A stretch of 64,000 nucleotides of DNA from a virus. Made by a program: the position numbers and the translations under genes. Positions 29,173 through 38,824 of this stretch are shown here, piece by piece. Location of the stretch: positions 1 to 64,000 of IMG/VR virus record IMGVR_UViG_3300020477_001932; one strand, 5' to 3'. The notes beneath the pieces are model-generated. The model was not told the DNA's origin and did not search any database. It saw only the letters and a list, made by a program, of their open reading frames with translations. Within the stretch, counting starts at the first letter, position 1; the number at the start of each line of letters is the position of its first letter.

Positions 29173-29843
29173 TGAAAATAAGTAAAAGTACAATGGATGT
29201 ATTAAAAAATTATTCAGAGATTAATCAGTCTATTGTTATCAAAGAAGGTAATGAGATTAAAACAATTTCTGCATTGAAAAACATTCTTTCCAGAGCAGTT
29301 GTGAAAGAGAATTTTCCAAAAGATTTTGCAATTTATGATCTTCCAACTTTCATCGGCTTTCATTCTACTATGTCGGAGCCGGACTTTGAGTTTGGTGATG
29401 ATTCCATGACATTAAAAGATGTAAACGGTAAAGGCAAATACTTTTATGCAGAACCTTCATTAGTTGTTACTCCACCTGAAAAGGGTGTTACTATGCCTGA
29501 TTCAGATATTCGATTTGAATTAAAAAATGATGTTCTTGAAGATATAATCAAGAAAGCAAATGTTCTTAAGCTTGCAGATATTGGATTAAAGAGTTGTCCT
29601 AAATCTCAAGGCCTTTATCTATATGCTACTAATAAAAGTAATGATACTTCAAATGATTATTCTGTTAAAGTAGGTGATGGTGCTACGAAGAAATTTAACA
29701 TTATTTTCAAGAAAGATAATTTAAAGATTATCCCAGGAGATTATGATGTTACTATTGCAAATGGTATTTCTCATTTTAAAAATAAAGAGCTTGATTTGGA
29801 ATACTGGATTGCATTAGAAGCTAGTAGTGATTATGGAGAATAA
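29172..29843 (+). CDS. gp45: sliding clamp
   Basis: LKNYSEINQSI, FPKDFAIYDL, NLKIIPGDYDV, YWIALE. Confidence 0.94.
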   Translation: MKISKSTMDVLKNYSEINQSIVIKEGNEIKTISALKNILSRAVVKENFPKDFAIYDLPTFIGFHSTMSEPDFEFGDDSMTLKDVNGKGKYFYAEPSLVVTPPEKGVTMPDSDIRFELKNDVLEDIIKKANVLKLADIGLKSCPKSQGLYLYATNKSNDTSNDYSVKVGDGATKKFNIIFKKDNLKIIPGDYDVTIANGISHFKNKELDLEYWIALEASSDYGE

Positions 29844-29845
29844 GT

Positions 29846-30469
29846 ATGGCCTTTTATATTTTTCCAAGAGCAATACCTCAAAAAGATTGTGATAAGTATC
29901 TGAAGTATTGTTTAAAAAATGTAAAATGGGAAGATGCTTCTACTATAGCAAAGGGTTATACGGATGTAACAAATAAGGAAATGACTGAAGAGGAGAGAGA
30001 AAAATCATCACATTTTGATTATAAAATGAGAAAAACTGATATTAGTTTTATAACTGATAAAGATAATCTTATGAATGAATTAGTTTGGGGTTTTATCAGA
30101 GAAGCTAATAAACAATATTTTCATTATAATTTAGATTATTTTCAACCAGTTCAGTTTGCAAGATACCAAAATGGAGGCCATTATGACTGGCATCAAGACG
30201 CTAACGGTGATACTCAATTATCATCTGAATGTAGAAAACTATCTTTAACAATGTCATTGACAGACCATACTACTTATGATGGAGGATATTTAGAATTTTA
30301 TAATGGTAATAAACCATATGAACACGAAGAACATGATGTTGCAAAAGATGTAAAAGATCAAGGTTCTGTTATTGTTTTTGATAGCAGAGATTGGCATAGA
30401 GTAACACCAGTAACGAAAGGAGTGAGATATTCGATAGTTTGTTGGACTGTTGGCCCACACTTTATTTAA
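29846..30469 (+). CDS. 2OG-Fe(II) oxygenase (prolyl-hydroxylase-like)
   Basis: YDWHQD (HxD), RKLS, WHRVTPVTKGVRYS. Confidence 0.9.
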   Translation: MAFYIFPRAIPQKDCDKYLKYCLKNVKWEDASTIAKGYTDVTNKEMTEEEREKSSHFDYKMRKTDISFITDKDNLMNELVWGFIREANKQYFHYNLDYFQPVQFARYQNGGHYDWHQDANGDTQLSSECRKLSLTMSLTDHTTYDGGYLEFYNGNKPYEHEEHDVAKDVKDQGSVIVFDSRDWHRVTPVTKGVRYSIVCWTVGPHFI

Positions 30470-30490
30470 TTATTAAAAAGGAGATTTATT

Positions 30491-30616
30491 ATGCGTAAAA
30501 CAGAAATTAAAGAAGTTGTATATCCTCTAACTGCTGAAGAATTTAAGCAGTCTGAAAAAATTACTTCTCAAGATGTTTTGGCTGTTATCAACGAAGCCGA
30601 TATTGAAGTAGAGTAG
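30491..30616 (+). CDS. small acidic protein (41 aa)
   Basis: AAGGAG SD; MRKTEIKEVVYPLTAEEF...; followed by terminator. Confidence 0.65.
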   Translation: MRKTEIKEVVYPLTAEEFKQSEKITSQDVLAVINEADIEVE

Positions 30617-30624
30617 TTTGCTCC

Positions 30625-30651
30625 GCCCCCTGTTTCGGCAGGGGGTTTTTT
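30625..30651 (+). terminator. intrinsic terminator
   Basis: CCCCCTGT-TTCG-GCAGGGGG-T6. Confidence 0.85.
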
Positions 30652-30663
30652 ATAGAAAGGAAT

Positions 30664-31608
30664 GTGATGAAAGATAATATATTATGGGTAGAAAAGTATC
30701 GACCCGATATGATTGACGATTGTATTCTGCCTAAATCAACAAAAGATATTTTCCAGTCTATTGTTGATTCGGGGGAGTTGCCGAATCTCCTATTATTCGG
30801 CACATCGGGCGTCGGAAAGACTACGGTTGCAAAGGCGCTATGTAATCAACTAAAATGTGATTGGTTGATGATAAATGGCAGCGATGAAGGGCGTATGATA
30901 GATACGCTGAGAACTACTATAAGTAGTTATGCCTCAACCGTGAGTCTTTCCGGCGGTAAGAAAGTTATTATAATAGATGAAGCAGACTATATGAACAAGG
31001 ATTCTGTCCAACCAGCTATGCGTGGTTTGATAGAAGAATTTTCAAATAACTGTCGTTTTATATTTACTTGTAATTATAAAAATAGAATTATTCCAGCTTT
31101 ACATTCACGGTGTTCTGTTGTAGATTTTAGAATACCAAAAGAAGAAAAACCAGAGTTAGCACAAAAGTTTTCAGCAGTAGCATTAAGCATATTAGATGGT
31201 GAAGAAATAAAATATAAACCAGATATTATTGCACAACTTGTCGTCAAGTTTTTTCCAGATTTTAGAAGGGTTTTGAATGAGCTCCAGAAGCATTCAATCG
31301 GTGGAAATATTGATGCGAGTGTTTTGACCTCATCATCCAATGAAACATTTGATGAGCTGATGAATTATTTGAAGCATAAAGATTTTACTAAGATGAGGAA
31401 ATGGGTAGCAGAAAATATTGACAATGACCATGTGAGATTATACCGTCAAGTCTATGACTCCCTGTTTACAAAATTAGAAAAAAGTACAATACCTGGGGCT
31501 GTACTAACGATAGCCGATTATTCGTATAAGTCAGCTTTTGTTGCAGACCAGGAAGTTAATATGGTTGCGTGTTTAACTGAATTAATGATGAATTGTGAGT
31601 TTGTGTGA
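30664..31608 (+). CDS. gp44: clamp loader large subunit
   Basis: LWVEKYRP, GTSGVGKTT, IIDEAD, SRC, FPDFRR. Confidence 0.96.
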   Translation: MMKDNILWVEKYRPDMIDDCILPKSTKDIFQSIVDSGELPNLLLFGTSGVGKTTVAKALCNQLKCDWLMINGSDEGRMIDTLRTTISSYASTVSLSGGKKVIIIDEADYMNKDSVQPAMRGLIEEFSNNCRFIFTCNYKNRIIPALHSRCSVVDFRIPKEEKPELAQKFSAVALSILDGEEIKYKPDIIAQLVVKFFPDFRRVLNELQKHSIGGNIDASVLTSSSNETFDELMNYLKHKDFTKMRKWVAENIDNDHVRLYRQVYDSLFTKLEKSTIPGAVLTIADYSYKSAFVADQEVNMVACLTELMMNCEFV

Positions 31609-31621
31609 ATAAGGAGAATGA

Positions 31622-33715
31622 ATGAATAAAAATATAAATTTAGAACAACTGATAGCCAAGGCCATTACTAATGGATTAGCAGAACTACCACTAGAGATAC
31701 GCGACCGTATAACACCTGGATTTTTACATAATATGTATACTTGTCAAAATAAGGTTGATGTTTCATTTAAGGACATTGTAGCTACGCAAAATACAAATGG
31801 AAATAGCTCAGATACAAAGAAAGATACAAAGAAAGATACAAAGAAAAAGGAAAAAAAGGAAATCAGCGCAGCGCAAAGAAAAATTACCCAGGATGCTACA
31901 GCAAGAATAGCTAAAGAAAGAGCTAATTGTTCTAAATATTATGACCTGTTTTGGAAGAAGAAAAAAATAAAAAAATTATTTGTAAAAGATGATAGTAAGT
32001 TAAGAAAAAGTGAAGGATGGTCAAGTCTTTATGGAATTGATTTTAGGTATCAAAGAGAAACTGATTTTACTGATGAAGAACAAATGATGGCATCTAGTAT
32101 TGTTGGTAGTATATTGACAGGGACATTAGCTCTGCCCGAATTAATAGTTCGTGAATATTCTAAGGAATGGGAAACGGTCGAAAAGGATGTTAAAGAAAAT
32201 TTTAAATTATTGGATGGTGAAGTAATTGATGGCCAGTTTAAATATGCAAAAAGTATTTTTGGGTTTTTGAAAGGTCTGGTTAGATTAGAAGATAATATAG
32301 GTAAAGAACATCATTATGGTGATGTAAAACATCCCATTGGTGGAATGAATATAGATGAATTAGCTCAATATGATAAAGATAATGGAACAGCCTATGTAGA
32401 CAAATTTTTAGATTATGAAGTTCAATTATCTGTTTATTATGGTATTACTGGTGATTATGCAGCCTTGGTTTATTTAAGGACAAATACTAGTCGTATAATG
32501 AAGTGGTGGGATATACTTAAAGCACATAATCACTTTTTATGTGATTTAACAAAGAACGAAGTTGTTTTTGATCCTAATGAGCTTTCTTCTGATATTACTG
32601 AAATGCAGATGCCATGTGATTTCCTTAATACTCTAACAAAGATAAATGTTACAGAAACAGGTAAATTTTGTAAAAATTTTGAGTTAAGAATGTCTTATAT
32701 TAGAATTTGGATAGTTTCTTTCTATATTCAATATCATTTGGATATGGGAACAAAAATAGATTCTTTACCTAAATGGAGTGATAGTGATATTACAGATTGG
32801 TGGCAATCTTCTCCGATTCTACATGATGAAAATCTTGTAAATAATATTTATGACCATGTAAAAACAGCCTTTAGTTATGTTTCACATATTTTACTAACCG
32901 CAGATGAAAAAGATGTGAAAATATTTAAAGGAGAAAAAAAACAGGGTTGGGTAATTTCTTTGATTATGTCAATTCAATTCTTTTTGCATAAGAATAAAGA
33001 TACTGTTGGTAAACCAAACCTATGGGATGGTCAAGTTTTTTTGAAAAGCTGGCTTGATAGTGTTGATAAATTAACAGTAAAAAAAGATTCCACCGGTGCT
33101 ATGTTGCCGTTTTATTTTGAGCATGAAATAAAGGAATTTATTAAAACAAATGATTGGTCATTATCAGCTACCAAAAACGTAATATATGATAATCAATTTG
33201 TGGGAGCTTATTGGAAGAATGCTTTACAAGCACATTGTTCTGTATCACATACAAAAAAATCAGATGCTTTAGAAAAAGATACCGTAATAGGTATTCCTGG
33301 CCTTTATTGGCAGTTGAATCATTGTTTTATTAGACCAAATAAAGACTTTGATAAAGATAAACACAATCCAAAGGATAAATATGCAGATTGGGGAGTTGTT
33401 GTATTAGATGAAGTAAGAACACCACCTTTGTCTCAAAGACAAATTATTTTTAAGTTGCAAAATGGGTATTGTCCTTTTTCTGGTAACCAAATTGATTTAG
33501 AACAATGTAATGCACATGATATACCATATAGTGAGGGTGGTTCTTATATGCACACTAACTGTTATGGTTGTCTTGGTATTTATAATACTAGTTCTAAGAA
33601 AACATTTCCAGTTTTGTTTGAAGAAATACATGGAGAAGCCGGTGTTACTTTAGAAGAATATCGCAGAAGAATAAAAGATGGTGAAATTGTTTGGGGCATA
33701 ACAAAAAAAATATAA
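31622..33715 (+). CDS. DUF262 (ParB/GmrS-like) plus C-terminal HNH protein, GmrSD-like
   Basis: YQRE..SIVGSILTG..LPELIV..VIDGQFK..YLRTN; C-terminal QNGYCPFSG..AHDIPYSEGG..TNC..YN. Confidence 0.65.
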   Translation: MNKNINLEQLIAKAITNGLAELPLEIRDRITPGFLHNMYTCQNKVDVSFKDIVATQNTNGNSSDTKKDTKKDTKKKEKKEISAAQRKITQDATARIAKERANCSKYYDLFWKKKKIKKLFVKDDSKLRKSEGWSSLYGIDFRYQRETDFTDEEQMMASSIVGSILTGTLALPELIVREYSKEWETVEKDVKENFKLLDGEVIDGQFKYAKSIFGFLKGLVRLEDNIGKEHHYGDVKHPIGGMNIDELAQYDKDNGTAYVDKFLDYEVQLSVYYGITGDYAALVYLRTNTSRIMKWWDILKAHNHFLCDLTKNEVVFDPNELSSDITEMQMPCDFLNTLTKINVTETGKFCKNFELRMSYIRIWIVSFYIQYHLDMGTKIDSLPKWSDSDITDWWQSSPILHDENLVNNIYDHVKTAFSYVSHILLTADEKDVKIFKGEKKQGWVISLIMSIQFFLHKNKDTVGKPNLWDGQVFLKSWLDSVDKLTVKKDSTGAMLPFYFEHEIKEFIKTNDWSLSATKNVIYDNQFVGAYWKNALQAHCSVSHTKKSDALEKDTVIGIPGLYWQLNHCFIRPNKDFDKDKHNPKDKYADWGVVVLDEVRTPPLSQRQIIFKLQNGYCPFSGNQIDLEQCNAHDIPYSEGGSYMHTNCYGCLGIYNTSSKKTFPVLFEEIHGEAGVTLEEYRRRIKDGEIVWGITKKI
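31811..31846 (+). repeat. perfect in-frame 12-bp tandem repeat x3 (GATACAAAGAAA, DTKK)
   Basis: Read directly from the sequence. Confidence 0.9.
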
Positions 33716-33717
33716 TG

Positions 33718-33750
33718 TTCCTTGTATTATAAACTTTTTTATGGTACACT
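33718..33750 (+). promoter_or_regulatory. sigma70-type promoter, TTCC family (queE)
   Basis: TTCC-TTGTAT-N17-TACACT; ATG 6 nt downstream. Confidence 0.75.
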
Positions 33751-33756
33751 TATAAT

Positions 33757-34686
33757 ATGAATAAATTAAGATACAGCGAAATGTTTTATTCCCTCCAAGG
33801 AGAAGGAAGGTACGTTGGTGTGCCTTCCGTTTTCCTTCGGCTGTTTGGATGTAATTTTGAATGTCGTGGCTTCGGTCAAGATAGAGATAAATCCAAATGG
33901 TTACCTGAAGATCAAATGCCTCATAATACAGATTATCCAGATGTAAAATCTATCGTAGATTTACCAGTTCCTCAACTTGGTTGTGATAGCTCTTTTTCTT
34001 GGGGAAAGAAATGGGGCCACCTAGCCAATTATGAGGATATTGATACTATCGTTAAAAAAATGAATGAGTTTACAAATTGGTATGGACAAAAAGAAAGGAT
34101 GGAGGGGGACATATCAGCTGCACTTAAACAAGATGATGCTGTTCATTTAGTTATTACTGGAGGAGAGCCGTTGTTAAAAGGATTTCAGTCAGGTGTATTT
34201 GAATTAATGACACATCCAGATTTATTAACACGTTATGTTACCATTGAGACAAATGGTACGCAAATATTTTCTCCATATGATTATTTTGCAGGTCATAATT
34301 ATATGTTTCCAGATCATCATAGAAAGTTTGGTGTAAATAAAAATGCAGGTATAACATGGTCTGTTTCACCAAAGCTTTCTAATAGTGGTGAAAGTTGGAG
34401 TGAAGCAATTAGACCAGAAGCACTTGCATCATATAATGCTTGGCCTTATTCTTATTTGTATCTCAAGTTTGTTATTAGGGATGAATATGATTTGGTAGAA
34501 GTAGAACAAGCTATTCGTGAATATGATAAAGCTGGTGTTAATATATGTGCAGTTTATTTGATGCCTGAGGGTGCAGTAGATCATCAAATGGAAGAATTAA
34601 AAATAGCAAAGATTGCATTAAAACATGGATATAAGTATAGTCCTAGACTACATTTAAATCTTTTTGGAAATGAGTGGGGGACATAA
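33757..34686 (+). CDS. queE: 7-carboxy-7-deazaguanine synthase (radical SAM)
   Basis: SLQGEG, FLRLFGCNFEC..(insert)..GCDS, ITGGEP, IETNG, SVSPK, PRLH. Confidence 0.92.
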   Translation: MNKLRYSEMFYSLQGEGRYVGVPSVFLRLFGCNFECRGFGQDRDKSKWLPEDQMPHNTDYPDVKSIVDLPVPQLGCDSSFSWGKKWGHLANYEDIDTIVKKMNEFTNWYGQKERMEGDISAALKQDDAVHLVITGGEPLLKGFQSGVFELMTHPDLLTRYVTIETNGTQIFSPYDYFAGHNYMFPDHHRKFGVNKNAGITWSVSPKLSNSGESWSEAIRPEALASYNAWPYSYLYLKFVIRDEYDLVEVEQAIREYDKAGVNICAVYLMPEGAVDHQMEELKIAKIALKHGYKYSPRLHLNLFGNEWGT

Positions 34687-35144
34687 TGTCACAAGCATTA
34701 AAGAAAGGCAGAAGTGGACAAAGAGGTATTAAGAATGCTGATAGAGTAAATGATACTGAAATGTTTTGTTCTGAGTATAAAGATGAAAATGGAAAGCAGG
34801 TTCGTCTTGGAAAAATCAGGCTTGCACATGAAATCAATGATGGTTTAAAACATATTGCACATGATTTAAATACTACTAAAGCAGAACTAGTAAGAACATT
34901 ATTTGTTGATTTTATACAGGATTATAAAGAAGCTAAAGCTACTGGTGCTATACAAAAGTTTACACCAGCACAAACTATTGAAAGATATTTAACCAGTAGA
35001 TATGAGTTCTTCCAATTATTCAATGAACTTAAAAAACAAACAAAATATTTGGAGGATTCTAAATCACCAGAAGTTAAAATTTTATCAAGACAAATTAGTA
35101 TAATAGCAGAAATGTTAAACCTTACAAATAAGAATGTGATATGA
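34686..35144 (+). CDS. putative ribbon-helix-helix DNA-binding protein
   Basis: KIRLAHEINDGLKHIAHDLNTTKAELVRTLFVDFI resembles CopG/RHH. Confidence 0.5.
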   Translation: MSQALKKGRSGQRGIKNADRVNDTEMFCSEYKDENGKQVRLGKIRLAHEINDGLKHIAHDLNTTKAELVRTLFVDFIQDYKEAKATGAIQKFTPAQTIERYLTSRYEFFQLFNELKKQTKYLEDSKSPEVKILSRQISIIAEMLNLTNKNVI

Positions 35145-35608
35145 ATAAATATAATTATTATTATGACCAGTATTATAAAGATATAACAGAGATTGTTGAA
35201 AGACACGAAGCAACACCAAATTTGCACGTTGTCGGTGTTTATCGTGGTTCATTACCAATAGCTACTCATTTAAGCAATGCTCTTGAGTGTCCTATGAGTA
35301 TTATTAAATTTCAGTCGCGAGACGGTTCTGATGATAAAGCAGAATGGATGTTAAATTTAACAGATGATGAAAGCTTAAGGCCTGAAAAGTCTAAGCAGTT
35401 TTTTCCAACATTATTGGTTGTGGATGATGTTTATGATACTGGAAAAACTTTTAGGGCTATTAAAGAATTACCAGAGCTTAAACAAAATCCAGATTATCAT
35501 TGTATTGCATTGTTTGGTAATGAAAATAATGATGGTGTAACTTATATCCATGAGCAACTATATAGATGGATAGTGTATCCTTGGGAAAGAGTAGGAGGTG
35601 CTATGTGA
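35141..35608 (+). CDS. type I phosphoribosyltransferase (Gpt-like)
   Basis: VGVYRGS, PRPP motif LLVVDDVYDTGKT, WIVYPWE. Confidence 0.88.
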   Translation: MNKYNYYYDQYYKDITEIVERHEATPNLHVVGVYRGSLPIATHLSNALECPMSIIKFQSRDGSDDKAEWMLNLTDDESLRPEKSKQFFPTLLVVDDVYDTGKTFRAIKELPELKQNPDYHCIALFGNENNDGVTYIHEQLYRWIVYPWERVGGAM

Positions 35609-36048
35609 AATATGAGAGTACGAAAACGTATGGTAATGATAGAGGTTTGAGTTGTTGTTTTCGTCAATGGAAAGCAACTAGTCATTGTAAATATTTACAT
35701 GGTTATAGTTTAGGTTTTAGATTTACATTTGAAACAGATGAATTAGATGGTAGAAATTGGGTTTATGATTTTGGTAATTGTAAATGGATTAAAGTGTTTC
35801 TTGAACAAACATTTGACCATAAGCTTTTAATAGATAAAAATGATCCTGATATAGAACATATATATAAAATACATGATGAAAATATGGCACAAGTTCTTAC
35901 AATGGATGGTGTTGGTTGTGAGAAGTTTGCTGAGTATGTTTATAATTATGTTTTACGACAAGTTCAAGAAGAAACAGGAGGACGAGTTAATTTGAAAAGT
36001 GTTGAGTGTTTTGAACATGGTTCAAATAGTGCAATATATTATGGTTAG
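35605..36048 (+). CDS. queD: 6-carboxytetrahydropterin synthase
   Basis: SHCKYLHGY, NWVYDFG, FDHK, GCEKFA; GTG start after AGGAGG. Confidence 0.9.
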   Translation: MKYESTKTYGNDRGLSCCFRQWKATSHCKYLHGYSLGFRFTFETDELDGRNWVYDFGNCKWIKVFLEQTFDHKLLIDKNDPDIEHIYKIHDENMAQVLTMDGVGCEKFAEYVYNYVLRQVQEETGGRVNLKSVECFEHGSNSAIYYG

Positions 36049-36065
36049 TGAGAGGAGCTTATATA

Positions 36066-36734
36066 ATGAAAATTTCAGAAAAGATAAAAAATGCATTAGA
36101 CAAGGGTTACTTAGCTAATGATACAATATATGATGTTATTAATGATGAAGATAGAATAGAGTTAATAGAAGAAGTTAAAGAGGCATTTCAAGGTGTATTG
36201 GATGCTTTAGTTATAGATACAAAGAATGACCACAATACACAAGAGACAGCAAAACGTGTAGCAAAAATGTTTGTCAATGAAATATTCCGTGGCAGATATT
36301 ATCCCCCGCCTTGTGTTACTGCATTTCCAAATGCAAAGCAGTATGACCAGATTTATATGTCTGGCCCCATAACAATCAATTCAACGTGTGCGCACCATTT
36401 CCAAGCTATTGCTGGAAAAGCATATGTTGGAATCTTTCCGGGAAAGAAAGTTATTGGATTATCCAAGTTTAATCGTATGGTTGATTGGGTTGCATCCAGA
36501 CCACAAATTCAAGAAGAAATGACAGAACAAATAGCAGATATGATACAAGAAGAAACTGAAGCAAAGGGTGTAGCTGTTATTGTTAAAGCAGAACATTTTT
36601 GTATGACGGCAAGAGGTGTTAAAGAACATGAAAGTGATATGGTAACATCTGTTGTGCGTGGTATTTTTCGTGATGAACCAGCAACAAAAGCTGAGTTCTT
36701 TTCTTTGTTAAGTAATATGAAAGGGATGCAATAA
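36066..36734 (+). CDS. folE: GTP cyclohydrolase I
   Basis: STCAHH, GLSKFNR, QIQEEMT, HFCMTARGV. Confidence 0.95.
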   Translation: MKISEKIKNALDKGYLANDTIYDVINDEDRIELIEEVKEAFQGVLDALVIDTKNDHNTQETAKRVAKMFVNEIFRGRYYPPPCVTAFPNAKQYDQIYMSGPITINSTCAHHFQAIAGKAYVGIFPGKKVIGLSKFNRMVDWVASRPQIQEEMTEQIADMIQEETEAKGVAVIVKAEHFCMTARGVKEHESDMVTSVVRGIFRDEPATKAEFFSLLSNMKGMQ

Positions 36735-37516
36735 TGGTAAACATGGTAACTAGTGGTAAACAAGAAGCTACTGGTAAATCTGTTTTATTATATTCTGGTG
36801 GCATGGATAGTTTGATGTTTGACTATTTAATGAAGCCTGATGTATTATTGTATATTCCGACTGGTAGTGAATACGAAATGATAGAAAGCAGTAAAATACG
36901 TTTACTTGGTAAATATGGTTATTTGGATGAAGATAAATTAGTTGTTTTACCTCGTGTTTTAAATTTAAGTAAGTTTGAACGTGATGATGCAATCGTTCCA
37001 AATCGTAACGCACATTTAATGTTGTTAGCTTCTATGTATGGTGAAGATTTGATTCTTGGAAGTGTTCAAGGTGATAGATCATTCGATAAGGATCCTATTT
37101 TTTATCAGAAAATGACAGACTTGTTAAATCATATGTGGAAAGAACAGCATTGGACTGAGGAACGTGTTTTTAAAGTTAGCTCTCCATATAAAGATAAAAC
37201 AAAGACGGAGATTGTTAAAGAGTATCTGGAAAAGGGTGGTAGTGCAGACGCATTACTACTTTCATGGAGTTGTTATGATCCACAATCAAGATATTTGTTA
37301 GACCCCGAAAGGGCTTGTGGATGGTGTAAACCATGTTTTCGTAAATGGATTTCACTTCATAATAACAATATAAGTATTCCAGAAGATTATTATGCAAACA
37401 ATCCATGGGAAGCACCATGGCTTGAAAAGTTAATTCCTTCTGTACTTGAAAAGAATTATCGAGGAAAAGAAGATTATGATTGGTGTGATGCCTTAACAAG
37501 TAAAGGAGTTTTATGA
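36734..37516 (+). CDS. queC: 7-cyano-7-deazaguanine synthase (QueC-like)
   Basis: YSGGMDS, VPNRN, SWSCY, CGWCKPC. Confidence 0.88.
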   Translation: MVNMVTSGKQEATGKSVLLYSGGMDSLMFDYLMKPDVLLYIPTGSEYEMIESSKIRLLGKYGYLDEDKLVVLPRVLNLSKFERDDAIVPNRNAHLMLLASMYGEDLILGSVQGDRSFDKDPIFYQKMTDLLNHMWKEQHWTEERVFKVSSPYKDKTKTEIVKEYLEKGGSADALLLSWSCYDPQSRYLLDPERACGWCKPCFRKWISLHNNNISIPEDYYANNPWEAPWLEKLIPSVLEKNYRGKEDYDWCDALTSKGVL

Positions 37517-38763
37517 AAGACGCGATTTACATTCCAGCATATAGTGATGGTTTAATGAATTTACTGGAAAAAGATGATGCTGATGCAAGTGAAAAATATC
37601 AGTCAAGTTTTGATAAAAAGAAATCATTAAGAATATATAAGAAAGATAGTGATTCGTATTTTAAGAATTTCTTTATGTTAATCTCAGCTGGTACACAACA
37701 TAATAAAAAAGATTTTAGAAAAACTATTCAAGCAGAAGATGCAAAGATATTTGTTGATAGTGGAGGATACCAGTTAGCACATTCCACAGTTAATCATAAA
37801 AAGTACACAGATGATATAGCTTTGAAATGGTCTGAAGAAAATGGTGATATATTTCCAATTTTAGATAGGCCAACATTTACGCTTGGAATGATGAGAGATG
37901 GAAAACCAGTATCGCCATATAAAGATTATCAAGAATGTTTGGATTTGTCAGTAAATTCTGCAAAACATTATTCAGAAAATCGTACACGTTCAGATGCAAA
38001 AATCTTAAATGTTATACAGGGCCAAACGATACCACAAGTTAAGAAGTGGTATGATGAAATAAAGAAGTATGAGTTTGAGGGTTGGGCATATGGTGGTACA
38101 AGAGGCAATTTGGGTCGTATTGTTCCAGCAATATTGTTTTTAATTAATAACAAAGAATTTGATAGACCTAAGTGTGATTTATTTCATATATTTGGTGTAA
38201 CATCAAATGAAAGTATGATTTATTTTCAGTATCTTCAAATGTTACTAAATAAACATAATATTGATATGCAGATAACATATGATTCAACATACTGGAATCG
38301 TACTGTTGTTTTTGGTGGTTACTTTACAGAGGCTAGATATATTACTGGAACTGGTATGGCTTCTATGAATTGGCCTAATACAATTAGTTATGAAAATCTT
38401 TCAAAAGATTTTAAATTACCTTGTCATTGTCCTATATGTAAAGATTGCACAGATGTTTATTCTTTATTTAATCAATATAAGACAAATAAAGAGGGCAAAG
38501 AAGTGGTAGTTTTTAGAGATTTTAATATGACAATGGCATTTCATAATTTATATTTACAGTTAGAATATCTTGAAAATATTACAAGAATTTTAAAATCAGG
38601 CATGAAAGAGATTTATTTAGAGTTTTTTCCAAAGAAAATTTATGATAATTTAATCTTTTTAGAAGGAGTTTTTAATAATATGTCAAAAGATTGGGAAGGA
38701 GAGCTAAATAAACGATTTCTAAAGGCTGAGGATCTTAATACATTAGAGGGTTTTTTTGGATGA
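37513..38763 (+). CDS. TGT-family transglycosylase, probably DNA-acting DpdA-like
   Basis: VDSGGYQ, PILD, VIQG, GWAYGG, HIFG, YDS, CHCPIC..H zinc site; last gene of preQ0 run. Confidence 0.8.
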   Translation: MKDAIYIPAYSDGLMNLLEKDDADASEKYQSSFDKKKSLRIYKKDSDSYFKNFFMLISAGTQHNKKDFRKTIQAEDAKIFVDSGGYQLAHSTVNHKKYTDDIALKWSEENGDIFPILDRPTFTLGMMRDGKPVSPYKDYQECLDLSVNSAKHYSENRTRSDAKILNVIQGQTIPQVKKWYDEIKKYEFEGWAYGGTRGNLGRIVPAILFLINNKEFDRPKCDLFHIFGVTSNESMIYFQYLQMLLNKHNIDMQITYDSTYWNRTVVFGGYFTEARYITGTGMASMNWPNTISYENLSKDFKLPCHCPICKDCTDVYSLFNQYKTNKEGKEVVVFRDFNMTMAFHNLYLQLEYLENITRILKSGMKEIYLEFFPKKIYDNLIFLEGVFNNMSKDWEGELNKRFLKAEDLNTLEGFFG

Positions 38764-38796
38764 TATGATTAATTTTTTTCGATACCTTGTGAGAGT

Positions 38797-38804
38797 TATA
38801 AATA
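38797..38804 (+). promoter_or_regulatory. late promoter
   Basis: TATAAATA upstream of ATG 38825. Confidence 0.65.
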
Positions 38805-38824
38805 ATTATGTAAAGGGGGTAACA

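Noticed and set aside
31811-31846. Phase-variation tract
   Set aside because: The 12-bp unit is in frame in a low-complexity linker, so slippage would not switch the gene
37513-38763. Queuosine tRNA modification pathway
   Set aside because: No QueF, QueA, QueG or tRNA gene in the window; location in the replication operon favours DNA, though tRNA is not strictly excluded
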